DNA of 63,995 nt, filler included, from Porpidia crustulata (lineage: Eukaryota), in NCBI GenBank assembly GCA_964255105.1. It is 7 parts of 7 records of this genome, joined end to end, with 100 filler letters (N's around TTAATTAATTAA, not from the genome) between each part and the next. Parts side by side here need not be neighbours in the genome. Positions count along the whole stretch, not along the records: positions 18,435 to 27,549 come from CAXUWE010000996.1; positions 27,650 to 36,736 come from CAXUWE010000997.1; positions 36,837 to 45,914 come from CAXUWE010000998.1; 4 more parts are not named here. One strand, given 5' to 3'. The first letter of the stretch is position 1. Each line of letters begins with the position of its first letter. Below the pieces are notes generated by a model. The model did not search any database, was not told where the DNA came from, and saw only the letters and a program-made list of their open reading frames with translations. Of the stretch, positions 25,428 to 38,554 are shown one piece after another. The translations under genes were made by a program, and so were the position numbers.

Positions 25428-26430
25428 ATGGCCGAGAAGAAATGGACCTTGCATCATCAAGCCATGTGATGGCGAACATCGGCCAAGATTGGAGCTTATC
25501 TGCATACGTTATCCAACCCAAAGCCTCTAAGGTCATTCTTAATACGATCTTTCCCCGCCTCCATTATAAGAAAGAGTGTTGGATCTATAATAAAGCTGCA
25601 CTTCTACGTTCCAAGAGATCGTGATGAACAATGTAAGGGTGGATACCGATATCCAACAATGTCAACCTACATGGTGGTGGGTTCACTTTGGGTGCTCCGA
25701 CCGACGAGCGCGCTGGGTCTGCGTCATGCTGGAAGATCTGTTTGCCGTTTCAGTTAGCATTGGAAACAATCTGGCGCCCTAATATCCTTAACCAGCTGCG
25801 GCAGAAGATGGCGCCGTTTCACCTGGCTACTCAGGCCAGCGAACATGGTATTGACTGTACCAGAACGATGCTGACTGGGAACCTAGCTTTTACAATTGCA
25901 CCGAAACTTAATGTTTACCTGTAATCTCAAGTTTACAACCCGTTCAGTGGGCAGAGTACCAAAAAACCGTGGCAAAAAGCGCTATACTACGGGTTGTCCA
26001 GATTGTATTGTTGTATCCTAATATGGACCATTCAATCTCTCACGAGCATCGCCTTGGTATCAGTAAATGCCCCGAGAAAAACCTAGCGGCATTCCTTAAC
26101 AACCTCTTCGACGGATTTATCTGTCATCTCAAGACGAAGGCAACTCGCTTTTTGTCTCACCAGCCATCGCGCCTGATAATCTACTCAAAAATTGCCTTAC
26201 CGCATGATATATAATATATACCTGTGAGTAGGAAATGTTGTACGAACAGGGTACAAAGCCTACCCGTCGGTTGAAAGGTTCGGGAAAGCGTGTGGACTTT
26301 GTTTCGATCGAGGGAAAGGCTCATGCTTTTAACAAACCACCAAACCAATTTTATGCCGACCCTTAGCTCGATATACTTTATCGAGCTGCGTGATTATCAG
26401 ACGAAAGTTCAAAGGGCAAGGGACCGGTAA
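25428..26430 (+). pseudogene. erdH: Ergosteryl-aspartate hydrolase pseudogene (HSL-like alpha/beta hydrolase), divergent from erdS
   Basis: MAEKKWTLHHQAM*WR.., IKLHFYVP, VNLHGGGFTLG (HGGGF 25670-25684), LAP*YP*PAAAEDG, RTMLTGNLAFT, YPNMD, NLFD, TCE*EML, IEGKAHAFNK. Head-to-head with erdS. Confidence 0.8.
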
Positions 26431-27549
26431 AAGTCTATCTCAGATTTAATTCTTAATAACTTGCTTTTATAACACGTCTTTCCAACCCAAGCGGTAGCAG
26501 CATTGATTATCTACCGTACCTACACGCCAAGCTTTCCACGACCACAGTCCTTGCTTGGCCTCCCATAGTTTACTTTATCACTCAAGCTCTGCGGAAGAGC
26601 GCAACTTACGCTCATTCAGATCAGTACGTCCGAACATCTTAAACCGGCGCCAGGATAGTGGGGAGGAGCTTCTCTTAGATCGTTTGGTTGACTTCCAGAT
26701 GCGGAGGGCATTATACAACCTTTTAGTTCGCTTTGGAAAGGACATTATAGGGGTAGGTAGAGTGTTCCATATGTATTTCCATTATTTATGAAGCCGTCCA
26801 AAACACAGCCCTTACTGTACAGCCTCCACATTTCCCGACTGTCTCATTCTTTTCTGCAAAACCCGCTATAAATTTCCTCTTACTGTCGTCATACGATTCC
26901 CCGGTTTACGCACGATGAACATGATCAAACTGTCCTTACTCTTGTATTCTACTTACAAGTTGATTAGCTCTCAGACTATCCAACTTGCTACACCCTGAAT
27001 CCTCAATCATCATCCACACAAGAGATTTTCCAATAGGGTGTAGATATCCTATTCGCAATTTTACCGTCTCCTTCAGGAAAGTCCAATCCTCCGATTGTTC
27101 AATTCACTTTCTCGGAATGATCACTTATCATGGTAAAAAGCAAGTCTATCGGTTCCGCCTTTCCTCCGCTTCTCCATTTACCTGCATCCCATCCTAATCC
27201 ATACATACAAAGCCAAAATTGATATACACATCTAATCCAACTCAAAGCTCCATCCCTTAAATCCACCATTCAGGAATCTTAGTTTCCATTCGAGCCTATA
27301 CTAGATTTTCATAATCCTCGTATCCCATCTTCGAGCTTCTGGGAAAGTAGCACAGAAACATCACGATACTGTACTAGACCGCCAAATTCGACTCTCATAA
27401 GTCCCTGCTCTAATAACTCCTGCCAGCCTCGAAGCTTAACTTCACTCCCCATCCCCGGTTTCTCCTGTCATGTCATCACATTCCCATGGCTTACTAATCT
27501 CCTTCCTCTTGCTAACCCCCTCCTCTCCCCTCCATGCCATCACATACCC

Positions 27550-27649
27550 NNNNNNNNNNNNNNNNNNNNNNNNNNNNNNNNNNNNNNNNNNNNTTAATTA
27601 ATTAANNNNNNNNNNNNNNNNNNNNNNNNNNNNNNNNNNNNNNNNNNNN
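27550..27649. other. Artificial contig spacer
   Basis: N44-TTAATTAATTAA-N44. Confidence 0.98.
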
Positions 27650-30094
27650 CTTGACACCCGTCCTGCTTCGCCGTCGATAATCCTACTCGCCTTATTAATA
27701 TTTGTGCTGGTGAGAGCAGAAAGGGAGCACTTACTAATCTCACTGAATTTAGGCTATGGGAGATGCTCCACGCCTCAGGTAAGTCTATGATTGAGTACTC
27801 CCTTCGAGAGTCATGGATACATATGGTGGTCCAATTATAGAGTAGCGCTCGAACTGGAGAATTAACGAAGGGATTGAAATAGCACCCATCTGTCGTTCAT
27901 GACTGTTTTCTTGCAGACTTCGCATCAGGATCTCTCTCTCCTACATCTTCCCTTCACAACGAGATCTTAGGAATCTCTTTTTCTTAAATTTTCTCCCATT
28001 TCCTACGCAATACGCGAATCATGTTCCACATTTCACTCTATGTCTATACCACCAGAAAGTACGGCCGGAATTTGGGCTTCAAGAGCCTCATAGATTGGAT
28101 CGGGGTCAGTCGACCTCGTCCAATCCACCGAGAAGCTGATGCCCATGATGAAGTCAATCCCAAGGACGAATCCTAGGCGGGATGTGATGAAGTTCTTCCC
28201 GTGTTCTACACATCATGTACTTGGTTTATAAAGTGTCCATTATACCTCGAAGCCACGATCAGCGCTCGCAAACTTTGCCCACTTGAAGTCATACCCATCA
28301 ACGCGGGACCCATTCGATCCCACTTCCATATCGTACTCTCCTATCTGACTCAATGTGAAATTGTACCTAAGCATTCCTCAGCTGTTCCATTGAGAATAAG
28401 AGAGAGAGAGGCAATAGTCAAGGTAGTAAATATCTAATCAACGCAGGGTTTTCATACAAAATGTGAAAAAAAACATAACCCTTGATGCCGGCCACTTCTC
28501 GTGTCAATGCCAATCCACCATATCCTCATCACGCTGTCACACAAGATCTATACCTTTCAATTTATGCTTATTGCGTGAGACAACATGCCTCTTTCGTGCA
28601 GGGTCTCGGGAAACGGTTCTGTATGCGTAGATTGATAGCTTTCTGAGCATTGGAAAACATCTAGTCACCTGGTCATATTGCAATGCACAATCAACAGCAT
28701 CAGTTAAACTTCTGGAGTCGAGGTGGATCAGGGATCAATGAGAATGAATGGATAGGTATGGAGAAGTTGACCGGTCACCTGACTTGATTTGGGTAACGGT
28801 CTTGTGTCAATCGTTCTTAGGACACTTGTGAACTACTACAGATTATGAGTTGAGTGGAGTTTTGACTTGATTAATGCTATCGTTGAGAGAATTACCTTAT
28901 GTATCACAGTCCATCTAACCACCATGGTTTTGATGTCGTGATTGTCAAGTCATTATCGACACGCACCACAAAATTCCGCGGCTGGATATCGAAGAAGTCG
29001 TACGAGATATTGCTGTGGCATTTCGAGCAGAAAAAGATGCGCCGTCTCCATCAATGATGACCGCGCCCGAGCAAGAACTGCGAAAAGACAGCAAAGGTCT
29101 GGTACTAAGCTTGTGGGTGTCTGAGCAGGCGTATCTATGACGGCTATGGCTTTCCCGATTCATACACTTCTAGCTCGCTACTTCAGATTGCCAATTATCA
29201 TTGGCATTGATTATCCCTTCGCTCAAAGTGCCGACGATGGTGAAGAAAAATCTACTCGATTGTTTGATGCTATGCCGAGGGTCCTATTCGAGAGCCTGGT
29301 CATTGGTATTGGGTTGCCGTTTGATATTGGATACAGCTTTGGCTCGGCGCTAGCCTATCCGTATACTTGCTAGGCCAATCGCAATTATCTCGACAGGACA
29401 GGGAGATGTCTCTTTTACTTGCTTCGAGGATTCTGCTTGTATTCTCAGATTACTCGTATTCCTCGTACATGGCCTTTTCACGCTCGAGGTCTTGAGCTTT
29501 GAAGAGCATCCAAGAATCCCGTGAAGCGGTCCCAGCCGATCTAGTAAATCGAACCGCTTTCTTCTGATGTACTAATGTTGTGACTTGTGAGCATCTAGAT
29601 CTTGAAAATGACGCAACGCTTTGGAGAACATTCTTTCGAGACGGCTTTTGGTTTCGGCGCGAGACCTGTCGACCCGAAGCGTAAGCCTGCTCGCCGAAAT
29701 ATGGGATACGTGTATCTCTTAATTTGCTGTGTTGGTATCGTGTATTTCAATATCATAGCTTTTCGAATTGGCTTCTCGCTACAAGAAGGGCTTTTGCGCA
29801 TTTCCGCAATTACACTATCTCGACTTGCACAGAACTCCGTAGGGCAGTGCTTATCGGACGATAGCAAGACTATATTCCCTTAAGACCTAGGGCATATAGT
29901 TCCAGTCGAATGAAATCACTTCGGACGGGTATTTTAGGGCGTTTGGATCAGGGTCCATTTGTCGTTCGACCTCCATGTGAAAGCTAGTCTTGTGAAACTG
30001 CAAAGGGACGGCTTGAAGGATTGTAGCATATCAGGAGTCTTAGGAGTTGTAACAGCAAGATTGCTTCAATACTCGGTGCATAAATTCATCATTT

Positions 30095-31511
30095 TCATAT
30101 CTCGTCAATCTCATCCCCTTCTCCGTCGTCGAATCCCGGATACTCTCTCACCTCCTCGTCGCCGAGCCAATTCTTGATAACGCAAGGATCACTATACCGA
30201 CCCTGACAAACCTTCCTCCTCCCTAGATTCTTGAACCGTGGGCCCAGCGGCCCACTAACATAATGATACTGCCCCGCAAATTCATACTGCCTATCATCTT
30301 CAATAGGGTAGAATCTGTCGCCCCAATGCCCGTTGAAATAGAACCATTGAGTTGGTGCATGGGGTGTCATATTTGAAGATTGTAATGTGTCGGTGTGGTG
30401 ATTGTAGGTATATGTATGTGAATTCAGGCGAGGGTCCCACAGAGGACCGCGGTCGGTCTGGTCGTGAAGGAGGCCAAGAGGGAGGACGTACGGATGGATG
30501 CCAGGGGTAGCGTACATGGCGTGCGTGCCTCTTGCTGAGTACACCACCGGCTGAGGATCCTCATTAGCTACAGGATATCCAGGAGCTGAATTTATGTTGA
30601 GAACTTACACGATTGCCGATTTTCTCGACGGCATTGTAGCTGTACGCCGAGCCAAAATTGTGCTCACTAAAGAAAACAACTTTAGGTTTGCCATCCTGAA
30701 AACGAACCAGCGAATGCTCCCAATCGCCAACGTGATTACCGAATCGGACATTGAAGACTACATTGCCAAGATTGTAGCTATAGAAGTAGAACCAAAACGC
30801 ATCAACGATTCCATTACCCTTGTTTATGACGATCAAGACCGCTGGAGCATCGCTACGACCAGGTTGGCTGTTCCCTATCCATTCTGCGCCATGAGTGCTT
30901 ATAATTTCATGAGCAGATGCGTTGGGGATATTCTTTTTACTGGCAAGCCAGTCAGGCCGCTCTTCCACATCATCGTCGCTCTTTAAATATACGTAGCGAC
31001 CGCGGCTGTACTCATTTAGATTGTCAAGATTTGTAAGGTTGAGATTTGCTGATTTTGCTTGTATGGGTGTGTAGTTGAGATTAGGTGTTACGTGAGTGAG
31101 GTGCTCGGCAATATCACTCGGCCAAAATTGCTCGCCCGAATATAAATGGACAAGAGGAGCGTAATCCAATACGTAGTCTGGTATGTCCGTTGCCATATCG
31201 GAATTGTAGGAATTATCATTCAGACCTATTTTCCCACCAGAATCTGCATCTTCCAATATCACCTGCTCTTCCGCGTTGTTGGTTTGGAACCCTATCCTTC
31301 TTCTGTATAACCAGGACCCACCGGCTTCGAGCCACTGGTGAATTCGGCCATTAGACCGTAATATTGTGTAAAGGCTTCCGCGCAGGCTCCGAGTGTACTC
31401 CTCTGCTGCGGGAACGTTACATGGACAAGGGTAGCAGTAGAGTCCCGTGAGGGTGAGACCGACGATGATAGAAATCCAACAGGCTTGGATGATATTTCGT
31501 GCTCTCGACAT
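30095..31511 (-). CDS. VPS62: Vps62/TDA6-like protein with N-terminal membrane anchor, 2 exons
   Basis: IPDYVLDYAPLVHLYSGEQFWPSD, DAFWFYFYSYNLGN, FGNHVGDWEH, YSARGTHAMY, GPLWDP, GHWGD, GPLGPRFK. Confidence 0.88.
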
Positions 31512-32359
31512 CAGCGGTGAGATTAAACACCAATTCTCGTCTCCCAGACCATGCAAACAATGCTATACTCTTCTTGCAATGTCGTTGCTATGTGCGGAAT
31601 ATTATCATTGAAGCCTCTTGAAGTAGTTTGGTTTATTCTCAGTAGTCGTAAAGTACTGGCTTCCGTAGGGTCTTTCGTCTTTCCGAATGTTATAACACCT
31701 ATGAGCTCCGTGAAATTGGCTCTAAGGAGAACAGCAAGTACGTTGTTGAGAGGATCGGCCAGTAACTCATGTTCTCCAATTACTATTAGGACGTATATAG
31801 TGTTAGCATCCATGGCTTATGAAAGGTTTGCGAATCAAAGTATAATTCAAGGACTGCACAGACCTTGATGGGTGACCAAATGGGGTTTCTAAAAGATATA
31901 CAATTACCGGAAGGAATAGGAAGAACGATGATTAGAAGTGGAAAGCGCCGCAGCCCATGTAGGAGACAACGAGAAATTGACGGCAAGTGTGGTAGCTCGG
32001 CTGGCACAATTAGATGGGCTCTTTAGGAAAGCTATATATCTCGAACGGCCAGCGACGTGATCCTGCACTGTCGAACTCCGGTGTGTATGCTCGACTGTAG
32101 GTAATGACGGAGCAGCAGTTAGTCAACAAAGTAGATACTACCTAGATGGGTGGCTTGGTGGCGTGGGTGGCTAGGTACGTGGGTGCCTTAGGTACCGAGA
32201 ATAGTAGTGCGTGGGCTGGTCGGCTTCTTGAATAACTTACATTCAAAGTGAAAATTCCACTTATTCTAATGATACATTTGTGCGCGATATCCAGACTGAT
32301 GCGATAATGTCTGCCCGATTCAAGTCCTTTTTATTCCCCGTCAAGCCATATTTCCCTCC

Positions 32360-33780
32360 ATGACCACTCTACCGAATAACATGGACAATCTCCAGCGAAG
32401 CGCTCAAGCCGATTATGATGATTCTGATTGGGAATACGAATATCATGAGATTGAGAAAGAGGTTACCGACTACTTGCTATTACGCCGATATGCAATACTG
32501 ACTTCATGTAGACCTATTATGTGACGATCGACATCTCCTCGGAATCCGCAACAATAAGACCAAAGAAAAGGTCCAAGACTACGGGCGGTCCGTCCGAACC
32601 AACACCAAAGGCGCCTAAAGTTACCTTCGAAGCTCCTCCTAACAGCGGTTTACACAATCGTTCTCAAGCCCCATCGCGGACAAGTTGGGTTAGCGGGAAA
32701 ATCACTTCAACGCCCCACGTTCAGACGTCAGATTCAGAAGCTGTAGTATCTGGGATCGAACATGCTGGAGAGATTGGCACTGCGGTGGATGAACCCGTAC
32801 TGCGAGCCAAGGTCTCTGTACCTGTGGAGAACAATGAAGGCCCCACGATTGTGAATGCTTCCTCCACACTTGATACTGAGCCTGCCTCGGTCACTGCCCT
32901 GCTCACGAACATCCAATCAAGGCCAACTGCTTCACAAACAACTGGAAATGTCTCGGTCTTGGAAGAAGCTGGATCTAAAGCTGGGAACATCCCGATTGAG
33001 ATTGTTTCAAGGAGCACCAGAGAATCAGTGACTGAGGGCTCAACCACGCCAGAACCCGACGAGCAAATCCAAATTCTTGACCTTCACACTACTCATCCCC
33101 TCATCTCCTTTCAGAAGCAACTCTATTCTTGTGCCTGGACCACCACGATCGGCACTGACCTTCTCCTGACTCCTCCCAGTATCGCCTTCTCCGATCCTCT
33201 GCTCAAACACACGACTGCATTTAATATCCTCGCAGCATCGGGCATCAAAATGTTAGGTCGCCCAGTCCGCCCAATTGCAAAGCAAGAGGCACGGTTCAGC
33301 AGTCGAAAACATGGGACGCCGCTATCTGATTGTCTCCCAAACATTAGTAGCGAACCCGAGGAAGCTGCCCGCAAACCCAAAGCTTTTACCATTCCTGTCG
33401 ATACTGGCTCCTCCATTGGTCGCCAGAACCAAGCCCATTTTCTGGAGAGACTTATGGCTATCAAAGCTGCCAAGGGTGAAAAGGACAGTGTGACTGTCTA
33501 CGCACAAAAGACTTTTACAGGAACAGGATGGCGGACTAAGCAGCGGGCAGACCGTGAAGCCATATCAAGTGACGAAGATGGATCCGGCAATGGTAATCAA
33601 GACGGGCCGTCAATTCAAGTGACTCCTAGAGGGTCTCTGAAGCCGAGGGTAAGGAGGAGAATGGCTAGAGGTTCAGGGAAACCGAGGGTCAAATCGGGCC
33701 TTTTCAGAGACTACACGCCCAGGTCGTGGGATGGGGCAGAGGCAATAAATGGGGAAGACAATTCGAGCGCTAAGAACTAG
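32360..33780 (+). CDS. TFIIIC triple-barrel (subunit 6-like) domain protein, 2 exons
   Basis: DSDWEYEY..E|TYYVTIDIS (intron 32462-32511); QIQILDLHTTHPLISFQKQLYSCAWTTTIGTDLL; QAHFLERLMAIKAAKGEKD. Confidence 0.78.
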
Positions 33781-34778
33781 GCTCGAAGTTCCTACCCACG
33801 ATGAGCATCTTCTATCAGTACCGTGTATTGAGTCCGACACCACCACATTACCGATTGCTGGTATGCTTCTTGAGCCTCATCTTCAATCGCCCTCATTCAA
33901 AATGACTAGCATTTTCCAGCAAGCGAAATATCTTCATCCAGGGATCGGACGAAGGTACAAGGACATATAGTAACCTCCTACCAATTTCTTCACCATGGGG
34001 ACGTTTGTAACACGTAACATGGCTTGGCCATGGTGTGGAAGAGGCACTCTTGCAAGATGGCTATCTGTTTCTGCATTGAGACATTGGTGTGATTACATTG
34101 CGAAGAAGTCGGTCTACGTTGTTTGCCCCAAAATGTCAAACCACGTTGTCATAATCAACTTCTTTTGGGCTTTAGGTTTTCTGGGAGGACATAGGTTACC
34201 TTAGTTCTTAAAGCTAAGGCTGTTGATGGCTTAGGCAAGTCGGTAGAGTGTGGTGTCGGTGTTGGGCCGAACCAAACAGCGGCAAGGCTCGCTCCATCCA
34301 CAGGGCACAAAAGCCATTGCAGCACTTCGACCTCAAAGCTTGGCTAATCTGCTGCAATGACTTTTGCGACCCCTGTGATCTCCATGTATGGCTCAGCAAG
34401 GCAGAACGAAGTTGTTTGCTCTGAAACCCAAGAACACCGCTTCAGGCAACCATTGCGACACCAGAGGTGCAGTTCTGTCCTGTGTCGCGGTCGTGAGGCT
34501 GTGTGTAGATAGAATTCGAGGCATGAAATGGAGTTCCAGATACCAAATTTATAAAAGAAATCTGCCCTACCCGATTTGGTCTGCTCAATACAAGCGACAT
34601 TTGATTGGTACAGAAAACGCTGCCCCTCCCGTCGCGACCGCAGTAGTCAGGCAGTCACAACCTATATCCCCAATTTGTCCCTGTTTCAATTTTCCACATA
34701 AATTCCTACTTATCATATATCTTCATTGGCTCTCGATTGTGGTTCTCAACTTTGATCCAACTCAATACGTACGACTTC

Positions 34779-36390
34779 ATGGCTTTGGCTCTCGGAACAC
34801 TCAAGACTGGTACGCCAATCTTGGACATCCTAGAAAATGGTACAGACTACTCATCTATGTACTATTTTATGACTACACCAGCCTAAAAGCCCAAACAGTC
34901 ACCGGTTCTTGGCATATGAGAAAGGTTGGTTTTGAGGAAATTCTGCAAGTAGGAGGAATCAGCTCCATGTTGCATGAAGTCAGACATTAATACTTGAAAT
35001 ATGCAGGAGAAACAAAAATTATGCTTCATGTCGGTCACACGTCTCAGAATTTGAGCCAGATGTACTAAAGAGTCGATAGATTTGCTTCCTCAAGGGTCTT
35101 CCTAGATCATGAAGACCTGCGTTCGAGTCTTTCCGTCTCCTACGCAATTCCAAGAGTCTTCTGGACTCCCATGTGTCAAGAGTCTAACGGATTCTTTGGC
35201 TGTGAGGACATGCACCATGCTGACGGAAGCATCGAGGGGCACGGTAATGTCATTCAACCCTGATTCTCCTCCATCTACTACCATATTCGCTGGTACTAAC
35301 CAGCCTAGCTACCTGGTTTCGCTATATCATCAAAAAGGTTGAACCGAAGCAGTCAACATATGCATGGGACCAGATGAGCTTTCATGCAAGATGGACGCCC
35401 GATTTCAATGCCATACTCTGTTTTGATGTACCGAAGACATCTCAAATGCGAATGTATCAGACTTTGGCATCGCGACAGCAGCGACTTGACCTCAGAGACA
35501 TTTATGCAGGCCACGCCGTGATCCTTGACGAAATGTTGGCAATGTTTGACGAGTCCGTATGGGCACTCAGAGATGAGGTTCGACACATCGAAAAAGTAGA
35601 CTTTAGCCTCAGCCTTCAGGACGTTCTTTCATGCGGGCTGATACGGCCTCATAGAGTAGAAATGTCATCGCTCGGCCGGACACGGACTACCCTTTCTTGC
35701 ACGACTTTGCAAGACATGTCATTCATTCAACCGAAACTCTAGGTGTCGCATTAGATACGACTAATGGCATGATACAGCAACACATGTTCTTTGAGGAGCA
35801 ACGATCCCAGAATAAGTCTTACCACATCGAAGTGCTGCCAAGAACGAGGCAATACATACGTTTTCAGCACGGAATGCTAGTGAGCTTACGAGCGCGTTCG
35901 GAAGCGAATCTGTCGAGGTTACAAAATGAGATCAACTTCGTCTGTTTAAATATGATACCTACATTTGGCGAGGAACACTGACCCGTTCCAGGCGTTCAAC
36001 GTCGCCGCTCAGAGTCAGAGCGGGACATTGCTACAAATCAACCAAGGAACAAGGGACGATGGAGCAGCAATGAGAGCGGTCGCACTCGTGACACTAACAT
36101 TTCTACCTGCCACGTTTGTATCGGTACGTACTATGAGATGCTCTCTATGACCCGGCAAGAAGATGAGGTTGCCGGCAAGAATATTACAAAGATCTGACTC
36201 CTACTAGGCACTGTTCAGTATGACATTCTTCAATTTCTCCCCTGGTAACGAGTCTCAGCCGGAGGCTTGGGTGGTCTCCAGCAAGTTCTGGGTCTACTGG
36301 TCAGTCACAATTCCTTTAACAATGCTGACTATGGCGAGTTGGTTCTTGTGGCGGTACTGGCAGCGACGGGAAATATTTATGGGCACGTGA
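34779..36390 (+). CDS. CorA-like membrane protein, multi-exon; 5' exons uncertain
   Basis: FDESVWALRDEVRHIEK; LHDFARHVIHSTETL; RLQNEIN; DGAAMRAVALVTLTFLPATFVS|ALFSMTFF; FWVYWSVTIPLT (two C-terminal TM helices). Confidence 0.72.
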
Positions 36391-36736
36391 AGTAACAGTG
36401 CTTACTGGCATGACGCGATGACATGGCTCAGACGAGCGAAGTATCTGAGCGGAGGTTGGAGCACTTGTGTGCGCATTAACTTTACCCATGACACGCGAAG
36501 CATTTGCCGTGTTACTTGTACGGTCATAATGACCCTTTGAGTTGGATACCTCGACTTACTCTCCTACGAAAGAGGATGTGATATGGACATATAACATCCA
36601 GAGGCAAAAGAAGTAATAAGAGAGGGAAAAGAAGAGGGTAACATGAAGGAGGCTTTCGCTTACGATCCAGTTGAAAGCCAGTTCGAAGAGCTGTAGGTTG
36701 TTGCCTTGTTCTGCCTAGCGCCGCTCCCCCACCCAC

Positions 36737-36836
36737 NNNNNNNNNNNNNNNNNNNNNNNNNNNNNNNNNNNNNNNNNNNNTTAATTAATTAANNNNNNNN
36801 NNNNNNNNNNNNNNNNNNNNNNNNNNNNNNNNNNNN
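36737..36836. other. Artificial contig spacer
   Basis: N44-TTAATTAATTAA-N44. Confidence 0.98.
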
Positions 36837-38554
36837 TCTTAGTATTATCGATAGGTATCAAAGGGTTTTGGAGCAACGAGGTCTTGAGTGATTATCAAAC
36901 GCTTCCTTCACGTCGTACCTTCCCGTATTTGCTCTTATCAGTTCGGCTTTCAAAAAGCAACCAAACTGCCGAAGCTGCACTCTTCCGCCAGTATCCTGAC
37001 AGCTTTTCCGACGACTCGCAATGCCGAACATTGTCGACCTTCTGTGCCGCTATTTCAACCTCTGTTCTTGTTTTCTGACAGCGCATTCTAATTGCCCTTA
37101 TTCTACGTTATGGATCTATCATTCCGATTATTGGCTTGATATATGTTCAAGCAAAGGGTAAATATTTAAGCTAGATGATTTCTTAGCAAACACGGAATTT
37201 ATAGGAGCTACAGAGGAGCATCGCGGCAGTAGACTGTCGAAGATGTATCGGGAGATTGGGAACAAAACTATCCGGCCGGCGAAACGTGGACGTTCTACGA
37301 AAACCAGCGGACGATAGCTGAGGTATACAAGAGAGTGTTCCATGAGTACTACATGGTATGTACTTAGAAAAGGAGACAACATCAAAGCAGCATTATATTT
37401 GCCTGCGCAACCAATGGGAAAGGAGGCATCACGATGCGGAGTAATTCTTTCCCTAGATCTGAAGAGAGGGAATCGCTTGCCCTGATGAGACGTGAGTTGC
37501 ACTCGATTTCCAGTATCACTACTTTGAAACTGGGCTTGAAGCGCGTGAGCACAAAAGGCTGCTGAATCTACAGACTTCCGGCGAACAATTCATTGGTTTA
37601 CCTGACAAGATTCCAAGCTACAGTCGGTGCGATCTCACATATCTGAGATCACTTATAATCAATTTAATTTACAGGATATCCCTGTAGACGTTAATCTCAT
37701 ACTTATGTTTAAAAAACTCTACTTTATATTTTTAATACTGTTTTTAATTTTTTGTATGTGTATTTGATTTTACGCTGACTTCCTTTTCCAATCGCATCCT
37801 TATCTTCGTCCCGACTCGTGGTATCATTTCAGATTCTGTTCAATATCATGCATTTTTGGTAATCCTTATTAGCGACCAGTGAACTTGAACATAATTTAAA
37901 TCAACTCCACTTATTGGTGTCCATCTAGCGATGGAAGCTTTGAGAATGATAAAGAGGTGACTGCTATAAAGGAGTGGTGGAAGATCCGGGTCATTATTCA
38001 GTGTCGGCAGCAAATAGGTGATTCAACGCAATAGGGACCCCATTCAATAGAAGAGCTAAGGAAGCATCCGCACATTACTAAAACCCTCATGTCTTGGAGG
38101 TTCAGTGCAACTTTTGACAATGGTGAATACGTGCATGTACCTTTTTCTGGTTGTAGAAATGGAAGGGTTAGAGTCGAGGATATTACTATAATGCCGTACA
38201 ATCAAGGCTTAGAATATACTGAGACTGTAAATCCTTCAAGTGTGCAGACCGCCCGCCAGAAGTCCGCTCCAGTCTATAAAGAAGTTGTTGCGATTGTTGC
38301 ATAGGTAATTAAGGCAGAGCAATGCACTTGAATGGATTCACTGAGGCAAGCTGTAAAGGGGCTGAATTGATACGAACGCGACTCTTAAATTCCGGACATA
38401 GTATCGCCTGTCTCAATAAACGCCGTAACGCGTGATGGCTAAATCATTCAATAAACATCATTTACTACAAAAACGCCGAATACGTCGGATGCCGGTAGAG
38501 TTCCGAGGAATCGGAACCACAGATATTTCACCGATGCCATGAATTTCCCCAAAC

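Noticed and set aside
27650..30000. Broken reading frames suggesting further decayed genes (also 21100-21900, 36837-38300, 46015-47400)
   Set aside because: No family motif could be recognised; needs BLASTx.
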